Source: Candidatus Hodarchaeota archaeon (GTDB taxonomy: Archaea > Asgardarchaeota > Lokiarchaeia > Sigyniarchaeales > SOKP01). Taken from it: a DNA stretch of 64,000 nt. The notes beneath the pieces were generated by a model. The model saw only the letters and a list, made by a program, of their open reading frames with translations, had not been told where the DNA came from and ran no database searches. The position numbers were made by a program, and so were the translations under genes. The number at the start of each line of letters is the position of its first letter. Positions within the stretch are counted from its first letter, which is position 1. Of this stretch, positions 19,559 through 29,054 are shown one piece after another. Location of the stretch: contig JBHLJY010000003.1 of NCBI GenBank assembly GCA_048887225.1, positions 160,001 to 224,000 of the forward strand, read 5' to 3'.

Positions 19559-21124
19559 TTAACTTCTAAGTAAATCTGAGACTGCCGAATTGATATGATT
19601 AATCATATCCATGGCTGTAAATCTAGATCCAACTTTACTTTTACAATATTCTCCGAAATAACCGTTTAAAAATGCTGCTGAACAAGCAGATCGGAAGGTA
19701 TCATTATTCATCGTAAGAAAACATCCGCATAAACCAGCTAAAACGTCTCCAGTGCCTCCAATAGACATTTCAGGACATCCAGTTTTATTAATTTTCAATT
19801 TTTTTCCATTGCTAATGTAATCGTATGGTCCTTTTACTAATAAAGTGAGGTCTAGCTTTTTTGCTAAATCAAAAATAATTTTTCCTCTCCCTTCAATATC
19901 ATCATAAGGAGGTAAATCGATACCTATCATTATTTTTAATTCACCCTCGTGAGGAGTTAAAATAACTGGTTGACCTTTGAGCAAATTAAGATAGTTACTC
20001 ACTAATTTTAATGCATCAGCATCTAAAACAAATGACTTTTTATCTTGTCTTAATTTTTCAAGTAATTTAACTAGAAGTTCTTCAGTTTCTTTCTCTTCTC
20101 CTATTCCTGGACCAATAATTATTGAATTAGACCAATCAATCAACCACGAGATCTCATCTAATGCATTTTTATTCAGGAAATCGCCTGGACTAGTTCTTAC
20201 GATCATATTTGGGGAATAACTCCTAACTACATCTCCTATAACTTCTGGTGTATAGGTTATAACTAAGTCAACTCCAAAATTAATACTAGCTAAAGACGAG
20301 TATGTGGGGGCGCCCGAGTAATTTTTCGACCCTCCTACTATTAAAATTCTCCCAAACTGCCCTTTATGGGTATCAGATTTTCTAACTTTCAGAGTAGGAA
20401 TTAGATCTCCTCTTCCTACAAATAATCTTGCTTCTAGAGGGATCCCTATTGATTTAACGATCATTTCATTAATGTATTTAGTATTAATCTTCATACCTTT
20501 CTTAATTCGATGGAAGGTTATAACTAAATCCGATTTTACAGCCTTATCTAAAACCTTACCATTGTCCGGATTTAAACCGGAAGGTACGTCAATTGAAACG
20601 ACTTTAATATTTTCTTCTTCCCTTAGAGCATTAATCAAATCTACTGCTGAAGAAATTGGCTCTCTGATGTTTCCACTTATTCCAGTTCCTAACAAACCAT
20701 CTATAATTAAATTATATCTTTTTTTCTCTTTAATAAGTGTGTCAATTTCTGTTAATTCAGCCGAATCCATTATAATTTTTATTTGTATTGAATGATTAAG
20801 ATGTTTTGTAATGATATTCCAATTTAAATTTGCCTCTTTAGTTCTTATATTTTCTGGGGCACCTAAAAGGATAACCAATACCTTTATACCATATGACGAT
20901 AAATGACGAGCGACCACAAATCCATCACCCCCATTATTTCCCGTACCGCAAAATATGGCAACTTTAGAATTTTCTTCCAGATTATACCTTTTGATGACTT
21001 CATTAGCAAAAGAATAACCTGCACACTCCATCAAATAACTTTTTGGTATTCCTAACCATTCTGTGTTATTATCCAAAATCGCAATTTCTTCAGATGATAT
21101 CTTTTCAGAATTTAATCGTTCCAT
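19559..21124 (-). CDS. nnr: Bifunctional NAD(P)H-hydrate epimerase/dehydratase
   Basis: LMECAG, CGTGNNGGDG, DGLLGTG, DVPSG; HKGQFG, GPGIG, LDADAL, TPHEGE, GGTGDVLAG. Confidence 0.95.
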   Translation of the reverse strand: MERLNSEKISSEEIAILDNNTEWLGIPKSYLMECAGYSFANEVIKRYNLEENSKVAIFCGTGNNGGDGFVVARHLSSYGIKVLVILLGAPENIRTKEANLNWNIITKHLNHSIQIKIIMDSAELTEIDTLIKEKKRYNLIIDGLLGTGISGNIREPISSAVDLINALREEENIKVVSIDVPSGLNPDNGKVLDKAVKSDLVITFHRIKKGMKINTKYINEMIVKSIGIPLEARLFVGRGDLIPTLKVRKSDTHKGQFGRILIVGGSKNYSGAPTYSSLASINFGVDLVITYTPEVIGDVVRSYSPNMIVRTSPGDFLNKNALDEISWLIDWSNSIIIGPGIGEEKETEELLVKLLEKLRQDKKSFVLDADALKLVSNYLNLLKGQPVILTPHEGELKIMIGIDLPPYDDIEGRGKIIFDLAKKLDLTLLVKGPYDYISNGKKLKINKTGCPEMSIGGTGDVLAGLCGCFLTMNNDTFRSACSAAFLNGYFGEYCKSKVGSRFTAMDMINHINSAVSDLLRS

Positions 21125-21209
21125 AACAATTAATTTTAAGATACTGAATTAAAAAACATTTGTTAATTATTACATCTTGAATTATATCATAAAAAAATGG
21201 TGAATATGC

Positions 21210-22379
21210 ATAACTAACTATAAAGAAGATATGGATGATGCAAAAGAGCGATTAAAAGCCTTTTGGGATCACGAACTCATCGATCGCCCTTGCATTTCTT
21301 ACCGCTATCCTATTTACGGAAAGAAATTACCTAAGGGAACTAATGTGATTGAATACTTTTTTCCATGGTTTATGGCAAAAAATTGGGACGATATTCAAAA
21401 ATTTCTAAAAGATTTTGAGGATATATCAAAATGCTTCTATTTTGGAGGTGAATGCATTCCACGATTATGGCCCAATTATGGTCCAGGTATTATGGCTTCA
21501 GTACTCGGTGTTGAGCCTGAATTCAATCCAAATTCTAAAACAGTCTGGTTTCATAGAGAAACGAAAGTTGATGATATAATTCCATTATTAGAAGGTGTAA
21601 AATTAAACAGAAATAATCCTTGGTATGATCGGCTTCTAAGAATTACAGAATACGCAGCTAAACAAGCGGGAAAAGATTATTGTATTGCTGTAACCGATCT
21701 TGGTGGAGTTTTAGATATCTTATCATCGTTCTTAGGACCTACAAAAATTATATTAACGATGAGGCGACAACCTGAAATCATTGATACATGTCGGGTAATT
21801 ATTCTTGAAAAATTATTAAAAGTCTATGACGATCTTCAAATCATTATAGAACGCTACGGGGATGGCTGCAGTGCTTGGATAGATATTTGGTGCTCAAAAC
21901 GCTGGTATCCTATTCAATCTGATTTTACTGCTTTTCTTTCGCCTAAATGGTTTAAAAGATTTGCTTTATCAGATATCATTGCTCAAGCTGAACATATGGA
22001 TTATGCTATTTATCATTTAGATGGTCCAGACGCTTTAAAACATCTTGATTCTCTATTAACTGTAGATTCAATAACAGGCATTCAATGGGTTCCAGGGGCA
22101 GGAAGAGAGCTTGCATGTAGCGATGCTTGGATGCCAGTCTATAAAAAAATACAATCAACGGGGAAGTTTGTGATAATTTATGTTTTTGAAATACTAAAAT
22201 CACTCTCACACTTTTATAAAGTGTTAGATCCAAAACTTCTATTCCCTATTAATATATCTATGGATCCTGTAAAAGCTCAATTCTATTTGCCTAAATTTGT
22301 TGGTGGGCAAGGAGGTTCTGGAAATTTTGGAAAATTTAAAAGAACAATGCGAAAATATTTGAAGAACAAAAATATTTAA
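21210..22379 (+). CDS. Uroporphyrinogen decarboxylase/cobalamin methyltransferase superfamily protein (ORF-track start 21231; probable ATA start 21210)
   Basis: PNYGPG, TDLGGVLD, IQSDF, YHLDGP, IQWVPGAG; GGTGA lies 6 nt before the in-frame ATA. Confidence 0.7.
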   Translation: MTNYKEDMDDAKERLKAFWDHELIDRPCISYRYPIYGKKLPKGTNVIEYFFPWFMAKNWDDIQKFLKDFEDISKCFYFGGECIPRLWPNYGPGIMASVLGVEPEFNPNSKTVWFHRETKVDDIIPLLEGVKLNRNNPWYDRLLRITEYAAKQAGKDYCIAVTDLGGVLDILSSFLGPTKIILTMRRQPEIIDTCRVIILEKLLKVYDDLQIIIERYGDGCSAWIDIWCSKRWYPIQSDFTAFLSPKWFKRFALSDIIAQAEHMDYAIYHLDGPDALKHLDSLLTVDSITGIQWVPGAGRELACSDAWMPVYKKIQSTGKFVIIYVFEILKSLSHFYKVLDPKLLFPINISMDPVKAQFYLPKFVGGQGGSGNFGKFKRTMRKYLKNKNI

Positions 22380-22401
22380 TTTTAAAAGAATTATATAAAA
22401 A

Positions 22402-22547
22402 TGCCGGTGGCGGGAATCTCAGACAGAGCAAAATGCTACTTCCATTTGAGCCCGCGACCTCCAGATTATGAGTCCAGCACATCTAGTCTGACCCATTTTT
22501 CAGAATGAGTATGTGTCTGGCGCTATAACCAACTAAGCCACACCGGC
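22402..22547 (-). tRNA. tRNA-Met(CAT), elongator type, with two introns (32/33: 22472-22514; 59/60: 22416-22444)
   Basis: Acceptor GCCGGTG/CACCGGC-A, anticodon arm CCAGA-CTCATAA-TCTGG and T-arm GCGGG-CTCAAAT-CCCGC after removing two bulge-helix-bulge-bounded inserts; mature length 74 nt. Confidence 0.88.
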
Positions 22548-22562
22548 TTTTCAATTTCATCA

Positions 22563-22635
22563 AGCCCCCGGCGGGGTTTGAACCCGCGACCTTTGCCTTA
22601 CCAAGGCAACGCTCTACCAGCTAAGCAACGGAGGC
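22563..22635 (-). tRNA. tRNA-Thr(GGT)
   Basis: GCCTCCG/CGGGGGC-T acceptor, TTGCC-TTGGTAA-GGCAA anticodon arm, GGTTCAAAC T-loop; 73 nt, CCA not encoded. Confidence 0.96.
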
Positions 22636-22796
22636 TCTTTTCAATTTTTAGATAAATATCTAAATCATTATTAAATTAAAAATTTTATTTGGAAATGATT
22701 CGAAAAAAATCAAACTAATTCTTATTTTTTATTAATTTTTAAATTAAGAATAATTAGTATAATTCTCGCTCTGCTTAAGATTATACATCTTTATGA

Positions 22797-23750
22797 TTAT
22801 TGCGACTTACTTAAAATTTTATATGCTACGTATATAAATGATTCATTAATATTTTCTCCTGTTTTTGCTGATGTAAGAATATAATGAAAACCAAGCTCAT
22901 CAGCAACAGATTTAATTTCTTCTTCGCTTATTACAATCTTATCTTTTAAATCAGATTTATTTCCTACTATTACAATTGGAATATTAGAGGATAAGTCTTT
23001 TGTAATATCAGCATACCAAGATTTAATACTCTTAATATTTCCTTGACGAGTACGATCTATAACTATAAATGCTGCATTTGCTCCACTATAAAATTGAGCT
23101 CTATACGGCGCCATAAATTGGATTTGTCCCGCAATATCCCAAATAACGAAAGTTATTTTAGTTTTTTCATTTAAATTATAATCCTTTTTTGAGATTTCAA
23201 CTCCTAATGTAGAAATATAATCATCTTTAAATTCATTTTTAGTAAATGTTCTTATTATAGAACTTTTTCCAACTTGATAATCTCCCGTAATAATTACTTT
23301 TTTTGTAAAGTCTCCTGTCGAAAGAGTCCCCTCTTTTGTTTTTGAAAGAAATTGAATCGCATCTGGGATTTCAAGAGAAATATCTTCCTGTCCCTCTAAT
23401 ATTAATTCAATTTTTCCTGCTATGTGCTCTGATAGCACTCTTAATTGAACATCAGGAGTAGATATTTCAGTTATAGCTGTTAAAATTGAATTTGGTCCCT
23501 GCGAACAAAATACAAATTTCTTATCGCTTGTAGTAGTCACATTAAAAAAGTTATTTTCAACACCAAATTCATCTTTTAATTGATCGATATACTTTTCTAC
23601 GTAGGTAGAAATTCCACCTATAACAATATCGTCTTGCTCCTCTCCTTCTGAAATAATGACAAGGCCGTCTATATCGCATACAGCTACTACTATTACTCCT
23701 TCTATATTATTCATATAATTTAATACTAAAGTTTTCAGTTGTTCTTTCAT
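22797..23750 (-). CDS. Roadblock-Rab/Ras-like GTPase fusion
   Basis: N-terminal roadblock (VAVCDIDGL); GDYQVGKS, YISTLG, WDIAGQ, NKSD, TSAK. Confidence 0.92.
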   Translation of the reverse strand: MKEQLKTLVLNYMNNIEGVIVVAVCDIDGLVIISEGEEQDDIVIGGISTYVEKYIDQLKDEFGVENNFFNVTTTSDKKFVFCSQGPNSILTAITEISTPDVQLRVLSEHIAGKIELILEGQEDISLEIPDAIQFLSKTKEGTLSTGDFTKKVIITGDYQVGKSSIIRTFTKNEFKDDYISTLGVEISKKDYNLNEKTKITFVIWDIAGQIQFMAPYRAQFYSGANAAFIVIDRTRQGNIKSIKSWYADITKDLSSNIPIVIVGNKSDLKDKIVISEEEIKSVADELGFHYILTSAKTGENINESFIYVAYKILSKSQ

Positions 23751-23881
23751 AAAAACACATTAGTTTCAATTAATTTACGAAAATAATAAATTTAAGCCAT
23801 TTAAATATAGCTTTTTCAATTAAAATATCCCTCTTATCGATTAATCTTATTTATAATATTAATATTGAAAAAAAGAATGCC

Positions 23882-24577
23882 TTATAGTAGTAAGGATAAT
23901 AATACTCCTTGAACTATAAGAAATTGCCCTAAAATGTATGTTAACATTATATAAATTCTAATGTTAGGAATTTTCATTTCCTTATTAAAAGTATCTATAG
24001 CGATCATAGAATCTGAAATCATAAATAATATAGACCCAAACCAAACTAAAAAGAAACAAGGACAATAGATTTCAAATAATGCTAATCGCAAAATAGCAGT
24101 AACATGCATTGTAAGGATTGCCACCATGTAAATATATACCGGAATTTTCAAATCCCCCATATGATCTTTATATTTTGGAAATGTTAAGAGTAGAATAAAA
24201 ATTACTGGTATTAATAAAACATATCCATATATAGGAAAAGCTATAATATTAACGCCTACAGACAGCAAAAACGAGATTATATAAAAAATATGCCCAAGTA
24301 AAAAAGCGGCCATTCCGTATATAAACCATTTATCCTTATTTTCAAGCATCAGGAAGATATCTCCAGCACATCCGCATAAAAGTGCTACAACGATTAACCA
24401 ATCTATATTAATTGCAATTGCTCCAAAAATATAATATAAAACTAACAAAGGCATCAATAAGGGTTTAGAAATATGTTCTAATATTTTTTTTTCTTTTGCA
24501 ACAGCAGCTATATCTGAAGCTGTGAAAACGAAAAATAAGACTAAAAAGAGGTACATATATACCATATTATTTTTCAC
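23882..24577 (-). CDS. Lysoplasmalogenase (YhhN/TMEM86 family) membrane protein
   Basis: SKPLLMP, GDIFL, FLLGHIFY, FMISDSMIA, TYILGQ. Confidence 0.9.
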   Translation of the reverse strand: MKNNMVYMYLFLVLFFVFTASDIAAVAKEKKILEHISKPLLMPLLVLYYIFGAIAINIDWLIVVALLCGCAGDIFLMLENKDKWFIYGMAAFLLGHIFYIISFLLSVGVNIIAFPIYGYVLLIPVIFILLLTFPKYKDHMGDLKIPVYIYMVAILTMHVTAILRLALFEIYCPCFFLVWFGSILFMISDSMIAIDTFNKEMKIPNIRIYIMLTYILGQFLIVQGVLLSLLL

Positions 24578-24718
24578 TTTAAATGAAGTTTTTTAATTAA
24601 ATAATTATCTTTGTTTTAATATTTAAATATCTGTGGATTTTAAAATTATTTAAATTTAAAAGAAGATATCTATTAAAAATAGAAATCAAAAATTGGTTAA
24701 ATTAATAGAGGGAATAAT

Positions 24719-25987
24719 TTGCCAGAATTAAAAGAAGTTGTAGTAGTTGATGGAGTTAGAACACCCATTGGGAAATCTGGATGGAAAGCTGCAAGCGGAG
24801 GCAAAAAGCCGGGAATTTTGTTTAATTCTACAGCTCACGAGATGTTAAAGACAGTAATTGAAAGATTGGTGGAAAATGTTAAAACTAAATCCAGTGCTTT
24901 TAATTCAGCTGAGATTGAGGATGTTGCTATAGGTTGTAGTGCCCAATATGGTGAACAAGCGGCAAATTTAGGAAGAATTGCGGTTCTTCTTGCTGAAAAT
25001 ATTCCAGACAACGATGTTCCTGGTAAAACTATTGATCGATACTGTAACGCTGGATTAGAAGCAATTAATAGTGAGGCTCAAGCTATTATGTGTGGAAATG
25101 GAGAGATAGCAATCGCTGGTGGTATTGAATTTATGAGCAAATACCCTTTAGGGAGTTCTCTTAATGCGACTATTATAAATGGCAGGAAGCACATCTTTCA
25201 TAGACAATTTATGAAAAAACAAAACATCATGGGTATGTCAGCTGAGATGGTTGCTGAAAAATATGGATTAACAAGAGAGGATTTAGACGATTTTGGTGCA
25301 TTGTCCCAAAAAAAAGCAGTATTGGCTATGAGAGATATAGAGTGGTATAAAAAAAGAATCGCTCCTGTAACTATTGTCGAGAAAATTGAAGGAAAACGCG
25401 TTAAAAATACTTATAATAAAGATGAAACCCCAAGAGAGGAATTTGCCAACAATTTTGAAGTTGCTAGAGAAAAAATGAAGACTTTAAAACCAAGATTTAA
25501 GCCTAAAGGTGGCATAGTTACAGCAGGCAATTCATCTGCTATTGTAGATGGGGCAGCAGCAGTTATGTTAATGTCTCAAGAAAAGGCTGATGAATTAAGC
25601 ATAAAACCTATGGCTAAAATACTCTCTTGTGCTGTTGCCGCTTCTGAACCGAGAATTATGTTATTAGGACCGATTCCAGCGCAAAAGAAAGCACTTCGAA
25701 GGGCGGGAAATCTAAGGATGGATGATATGGACATAATAGAACCTAATGAAGCCTTTGCCTCACCTTGTCTTGCTTTTGCTAAGGAATTTGGATATGCTTT
25801 TGATGATCCGAGAGTTAATCCCACAGGTGGAGGTATAAGCTTAGGTCATCCAATTGGAGCTTCTGGAGTGATTTATTTCTTGGAAATGGTCTGGGAAATG
25901 GTAAAAAAAAATCATCGATACGGAATTCAGACATTATGTGGTGGCGGCGGCGTAGGAATTGCAACTGTTGTAGAAAGAGAAAAATAA
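24719..25987 (+). CDS. Thiolase (acetyl-CoA C-acyltransferase)
   Basis: VRTPIGK, catalytic RYCNAG, TAGNSS..DGAAA, NEAF, GHPIGASG, LCGGGG. Confidence 0.95.
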   Translation: MPELKEVVVVDGVRTPIGKSGWKAASGGKKPGILFNSTAHEMLKTVIERLVENVKTKSSAFNSAEIEDVAIGCSAQYGEQAANLGRIAVLLAENIPDNDVPGKTIDRYCNAGLEAINSEAQAIMCGNGEIAIAGGIEFMSKYPLGSSLNATIINGRKHIFHRQFMKKQNIMGMSAEMVAEKYGLTREDLDDFGALSQKKAVLAMRDIEWYKKRIAPVTIVEKIEGKRVKNTYNKDETPREEFANNFEVAREKMKTLKPRFKPKGGIVTAGNSSAIVDGAAAVMLMSQEKADELSIKPMAKILSCAVAASEPRIMLLGPIPAQKKALRRAGNLRMDDMDIIEPNEAFASPCLAFAKEFGYAFDDPRVNPTGGGISLGHPIGASGVIYFLEMVWEMVKKNHRYGIQTLCGGGGVGIATVVEREK

Positions 25988-26159
25988 ATTAGAAGAATAC
26001 AAAATTTTATTCTTTAATATATAGAAGGTTCTAATATTTTTTTTAAAATAAGTTTAATTTGATATAAAGAGATCTTCTTATTAAATTAAATAATATAATT
26101 TTAAAGGTGAATTTATTATTACACTTTCATATGTAAGATGGTAAAATGGAGCAACGGTT

Positions 26160-26828
26160 ATGGGGGTCTTTATTTTTTCATGCTTATTTGGATTATTTTT
26201 TGTAATTAGAGCTAGAAAGCTAAATGTTAATCTTCTTTTATATCTCGGATGTACTTACTTTTTTGCAGGTCTAGTTTATTTAGGAGATGTATTAGATTTC
26301 GTAACAATTCTTTTAACTGGAAAAAATATTGATAATAGATTTGGACTAATAGGACTAATAAATTGGATGTGGTTTCCTGGAGCTGTTTTATGTGCCATAT
26401 ATATTGGTGTTGAGATATTAATACCCAATAAAAAATGGTATATTTTTGTAATATATTTAGTTTTAGGTATTCTCTTTGAATTATTCCTATTCTTAGATCC
26501 TTCAGGTTCTGTTACATATGCTAATCCAGCCACTCCGGGTGAGGATTTAATTAATGACAATCTCGTAGAAGATTCCATTATATACTATATAGCTTTGATT
26601 TTTTTGGTAACTATTATAGTATTAATTGGATTTGGATTTCTGGTTAAAGCTATACAATCAAGAGGCATTATTAGAAAGAAATTTTTTTATTTATCAATAG
26701 GAGGCTTTATTTATACTATAGGTGATATATTAGATGGCTTATTTTCTCCTGGTATAATCTTGGTATTTATTAGATCTGTAATGATTGGGAGCGTTTGGCT
26801 CTTTTATTTAGGTTTACAGCCAACTTGA
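26160..26828 (+). CDS. Multi-pass (about 7 TM) membrane protein, possibly N-terminally disrupted
   Basis: Hydrophobic helices throughout; upstream AGGTGA plus in-frame ATT codons, interrupted by TAA at 26142. Confidence 0.7.
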   Translation: MGVFIFSCLFGLFFVIRARKLNVNLLLYLGCTYFFAGLVYLGDVLDFVTILLTGKNIDNRFGLIGLINWMWFPGAVLCAIYIGVEILIPNKKWYIFVIYLVLGILFELFLFLDPSGSVTYANPATPGEDLINDNLVEDSIIYYIALIFLVTIIVLIGFGFLVKAIQSRGIIRKKFFYLSIGGFIYTIGDILDGLFSPGIILVFIRSVMIGSVWLFYLGLQPT

Positions 26829-26892
26829 ATCAAACCTAATGTGATTATTGTAGAAAATTAGATTATAATAAGTAGATCAAAAAATGTTTTGA

Positions 26893-27348
26893 TTAATCTG
26901 GAGTTAATTCGTCCAAGTCTGATAAATCCAATCCGGAATCTAGAGTCTCTGGAATTTCCGAAAGGAATTCGTCGAGAATTTCTTTCAATTCATCTCCAGA
27001 TCTCTTTAATATAAGTCTAATTAACCCAATGTTTATATCAGGATCGGAAATTAAACATAATACTCCTTTTGGTCCGCAGCTGGCTGCAAATATTTTTCCA
27101 CCTGAGAATTCGCTCGTAACTATATCTAAATCTCCTAATTCGAGATTTTTTCCTTGTTCTTCACTGGCACAGAATACTGCACTTGCAATAGCGCCAATTC
27201 CATCCACATCAGCTGGGAAATAGGAGAATTTCGACACGCTCGCGATAGTTAATCCCGTTCGATCAACCAATATTACCTTCTTAATGCCCGATTCGGACTT
27301 TATAATCTTACTGAGAATATTATCAAAACTTTTTGTATCAATACTAAT
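26893..27348 (-). CDS. Roadblock/LC7 protein with acidic tail (ORF-track start 27270; probable ATT start 27348)
   Basis: The frame stays open upstream as SIDTKSFDNILSKIIKSESGIKKVILVDRTGL, supplying the first roadblock helix; GGTG lies 7 nt before ATT. Confidence 0.85.
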   Translation of the reverse strand: MSIDTKSFDNILSKIIKSESGIKKVILVDRTGLTIASVSKFSYFPADVDGIGAIASAVFCASEEQGKNLELGDLDIVTSEFSGGKIFAASCGPKGVLCLISDPDINIGLIRLILKRSGDELKEILDEFLSEIPETLDSGLDLSDLDELTPD

Positions 27349-27566
27349 AGCAATACACCAATCAAATTATGATATTCTTTATAATATATTATTAGAATTT
27401 TTTATTATAAATACTCTTATGTTTATTAAAAAAAGAAGATGTATAAAAAATTATGTTTTTTGTTATTTACATCGATTTTATTCTCAAAACTCGTATGAAA
27501 AACAAGAAAATCGATTTCTTTTACTAAGGAAATTTCAAAATGAAGCTTTATTTTTAAAAACAAATC

Positions 27567-28877
27567 TTAAAGAAGATCGTTATCCTTGACTATTTTTTTA
27601 TAATGATCTCTTTCACGTCGTAATACTTTTAATTCTTTTTTCATATCAATTAATTCTTCAGTTAAATTATCTTGAACTTTTTGTTCTTTACTCGTTAAAT
27701 CCCTCAGCTCAATTTTCAAACTTGCGATTCTATCTAGGTGATCTTCGTTTTCTTTTTTCAAGTTCTCAATTTCTTGGTTCAACTCATCTATCCTAGTCTC
27801 TCTCTCTTCTATTTCTTTCTTTAATTCGTTTATATTACGCTCGAGTTCTTCTTTTTCTTCAGTTGTTTTATTAATACTTTCTTTCAAAGATTTATCAGCT
27901 TCTTTAATTTCTTCAATTTCAGCTTTATTAGTCTGAAATTCTGTAATAACCCTAGTAAGTTCCTTAATTTTTTCGTTTTTCTCGTTTAATTGAGTTTTTA
28001 AGTCCTTAATTTCATCTTCCAATACTTCTTTTTCAAGTTTTTCAAGATGTTTTTCAGGAATTCCACTTTCTAATTCTTCACTCATATTAACTTTTAGTTC
28101 TGAATCAATTACTTCGCTAACTTTCTCTTCACTTATCTCTCCTTCATTTACTACTTCTTCAATTACTTGCTCATCATCACTAATTTCTTCAATGTCTCCT
28201 ATAGAAGTTTCAGATAATTGGGTGATCTCTTTTTCCTCAACTTCCATCTGATACTGTTCTAATTCTTTAATGAATTTAGCTTTTAGTTCTGTATCAATTT
28301 CTTCACTAACCTCCTTTTCACTTACTTTTTTTTCTTCATCAATTACAATTTCATTATTTAAAAGCTCATCAGCAATTTCTTCTTCACTAACCTCTTCAAC
28401 GTCGCTAATAGGTGGAGTATATACCTCGGTTATCTCCTCTTCTTCAACTTCCTCCCAATATGGTTCTAAATCTTCACTTTTTAACATCAAAAAGAAATCT
28501 TTAAATATGTCATCGAAATCTGGATTATTATCTTTTTTAGGTAATAATATATGAGCGATTCTTCTTAACATTCCCTCAAAATCTTTTGGAATGCCAACTT
28601 TTTCAAATTCCTCGGTTTCGATAAACACAGTAATAGCATAACAAGGTAGACCTACATATCGGCCTGGCGAAAAACCAGAAAAAAAACTTGCAACTCTATA
28701 ATCAGCAAATTCTATTTTAAAAAAATTAGGTCCTTTTTTACTCGTCCAATGAAGCATATGAATATCCGTTAAATCAGTCATATTTATATTTAAATTTTTA
28801 AAAAGATCGTCTGGATATTGTGCATCAATAAAAGCTTCAGAATTCTCGTCAAACCCTAAAATCATAATTCCTTTCAA
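27567..28877 (-). CDS. Longin/uDENN-like N-terminal domain, acidic repeated linker and long coiled coil
   Basis: ILGFDE...IDAQYP start resembles longin/uDENN; Glu-rich duplicated middle; heptad C-terminus. Confidence 0.55.
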   Translation of the reverse strand: MKGIMILGFDENSEAFIDAQYPDDLFKNLNINMTDLTDIHMLHWTSKKGPNFFKIEFADYRVASFFSGFSPGRYVGLPCYAITVFIETEEFEKVGIPKDFEGMLRRIAHILLPKKDNNPDFDDIFKDFFLMLKSEDLEPYWEEVEEEEITEVYTPPISDVEEVSEEEIADELLNNEIVIDEEKKVSEKEVSEEIDTELKAKFIKELEQYQMEVEEKEITQLSETSIGDIEEISDDEQVIEEVVNEGEISEEKVSEVIDSELKVNMSEELESGIPEKHLEKLEKEVLEDEIKDLKTQLNEKNEKIKELTRVITEFQTNKAEIEEIKEADKSLKESINKTTEEKEELERNINELKKEIEERETRIDELNQEIENLKKENEDHLDRIASLKIELRDLTSKEQKVQDNLTEELIDMKKELKVLRRERDHYKKIVKDNDLL

Positions 28878-29054
28878 TTTGACTCACACGAGGTTTTATA
28901 AATCGCAAATTCAATTTATCATAATTGAGTACTGATTACTATAATAATAATCACAATTTATTGTTTTATCTTTTTTGCTATTAAGTTAAAGATAAAAATT
29001 TTTTTACTAATTCTCTAAATTCAATTACTTTTATTGGTTTTGAGACATTTTTTA

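Noticed and set aside
22402-22547. Initiator tRNA-Met, tRNA-Ile2 or pseudo-tRNA
   Set aside because: No A1-U72 pair or three consecutive G-C anticodon-stem pairs; the GCC start fits elongator Met; both inserts have BHB-type geometry
27284-27589. 101-aa plus-strand ORF
   Set aside because: Overlaps the extended roadblock N-terminus and its promoter region on the opposite strand; composition looks non-coding
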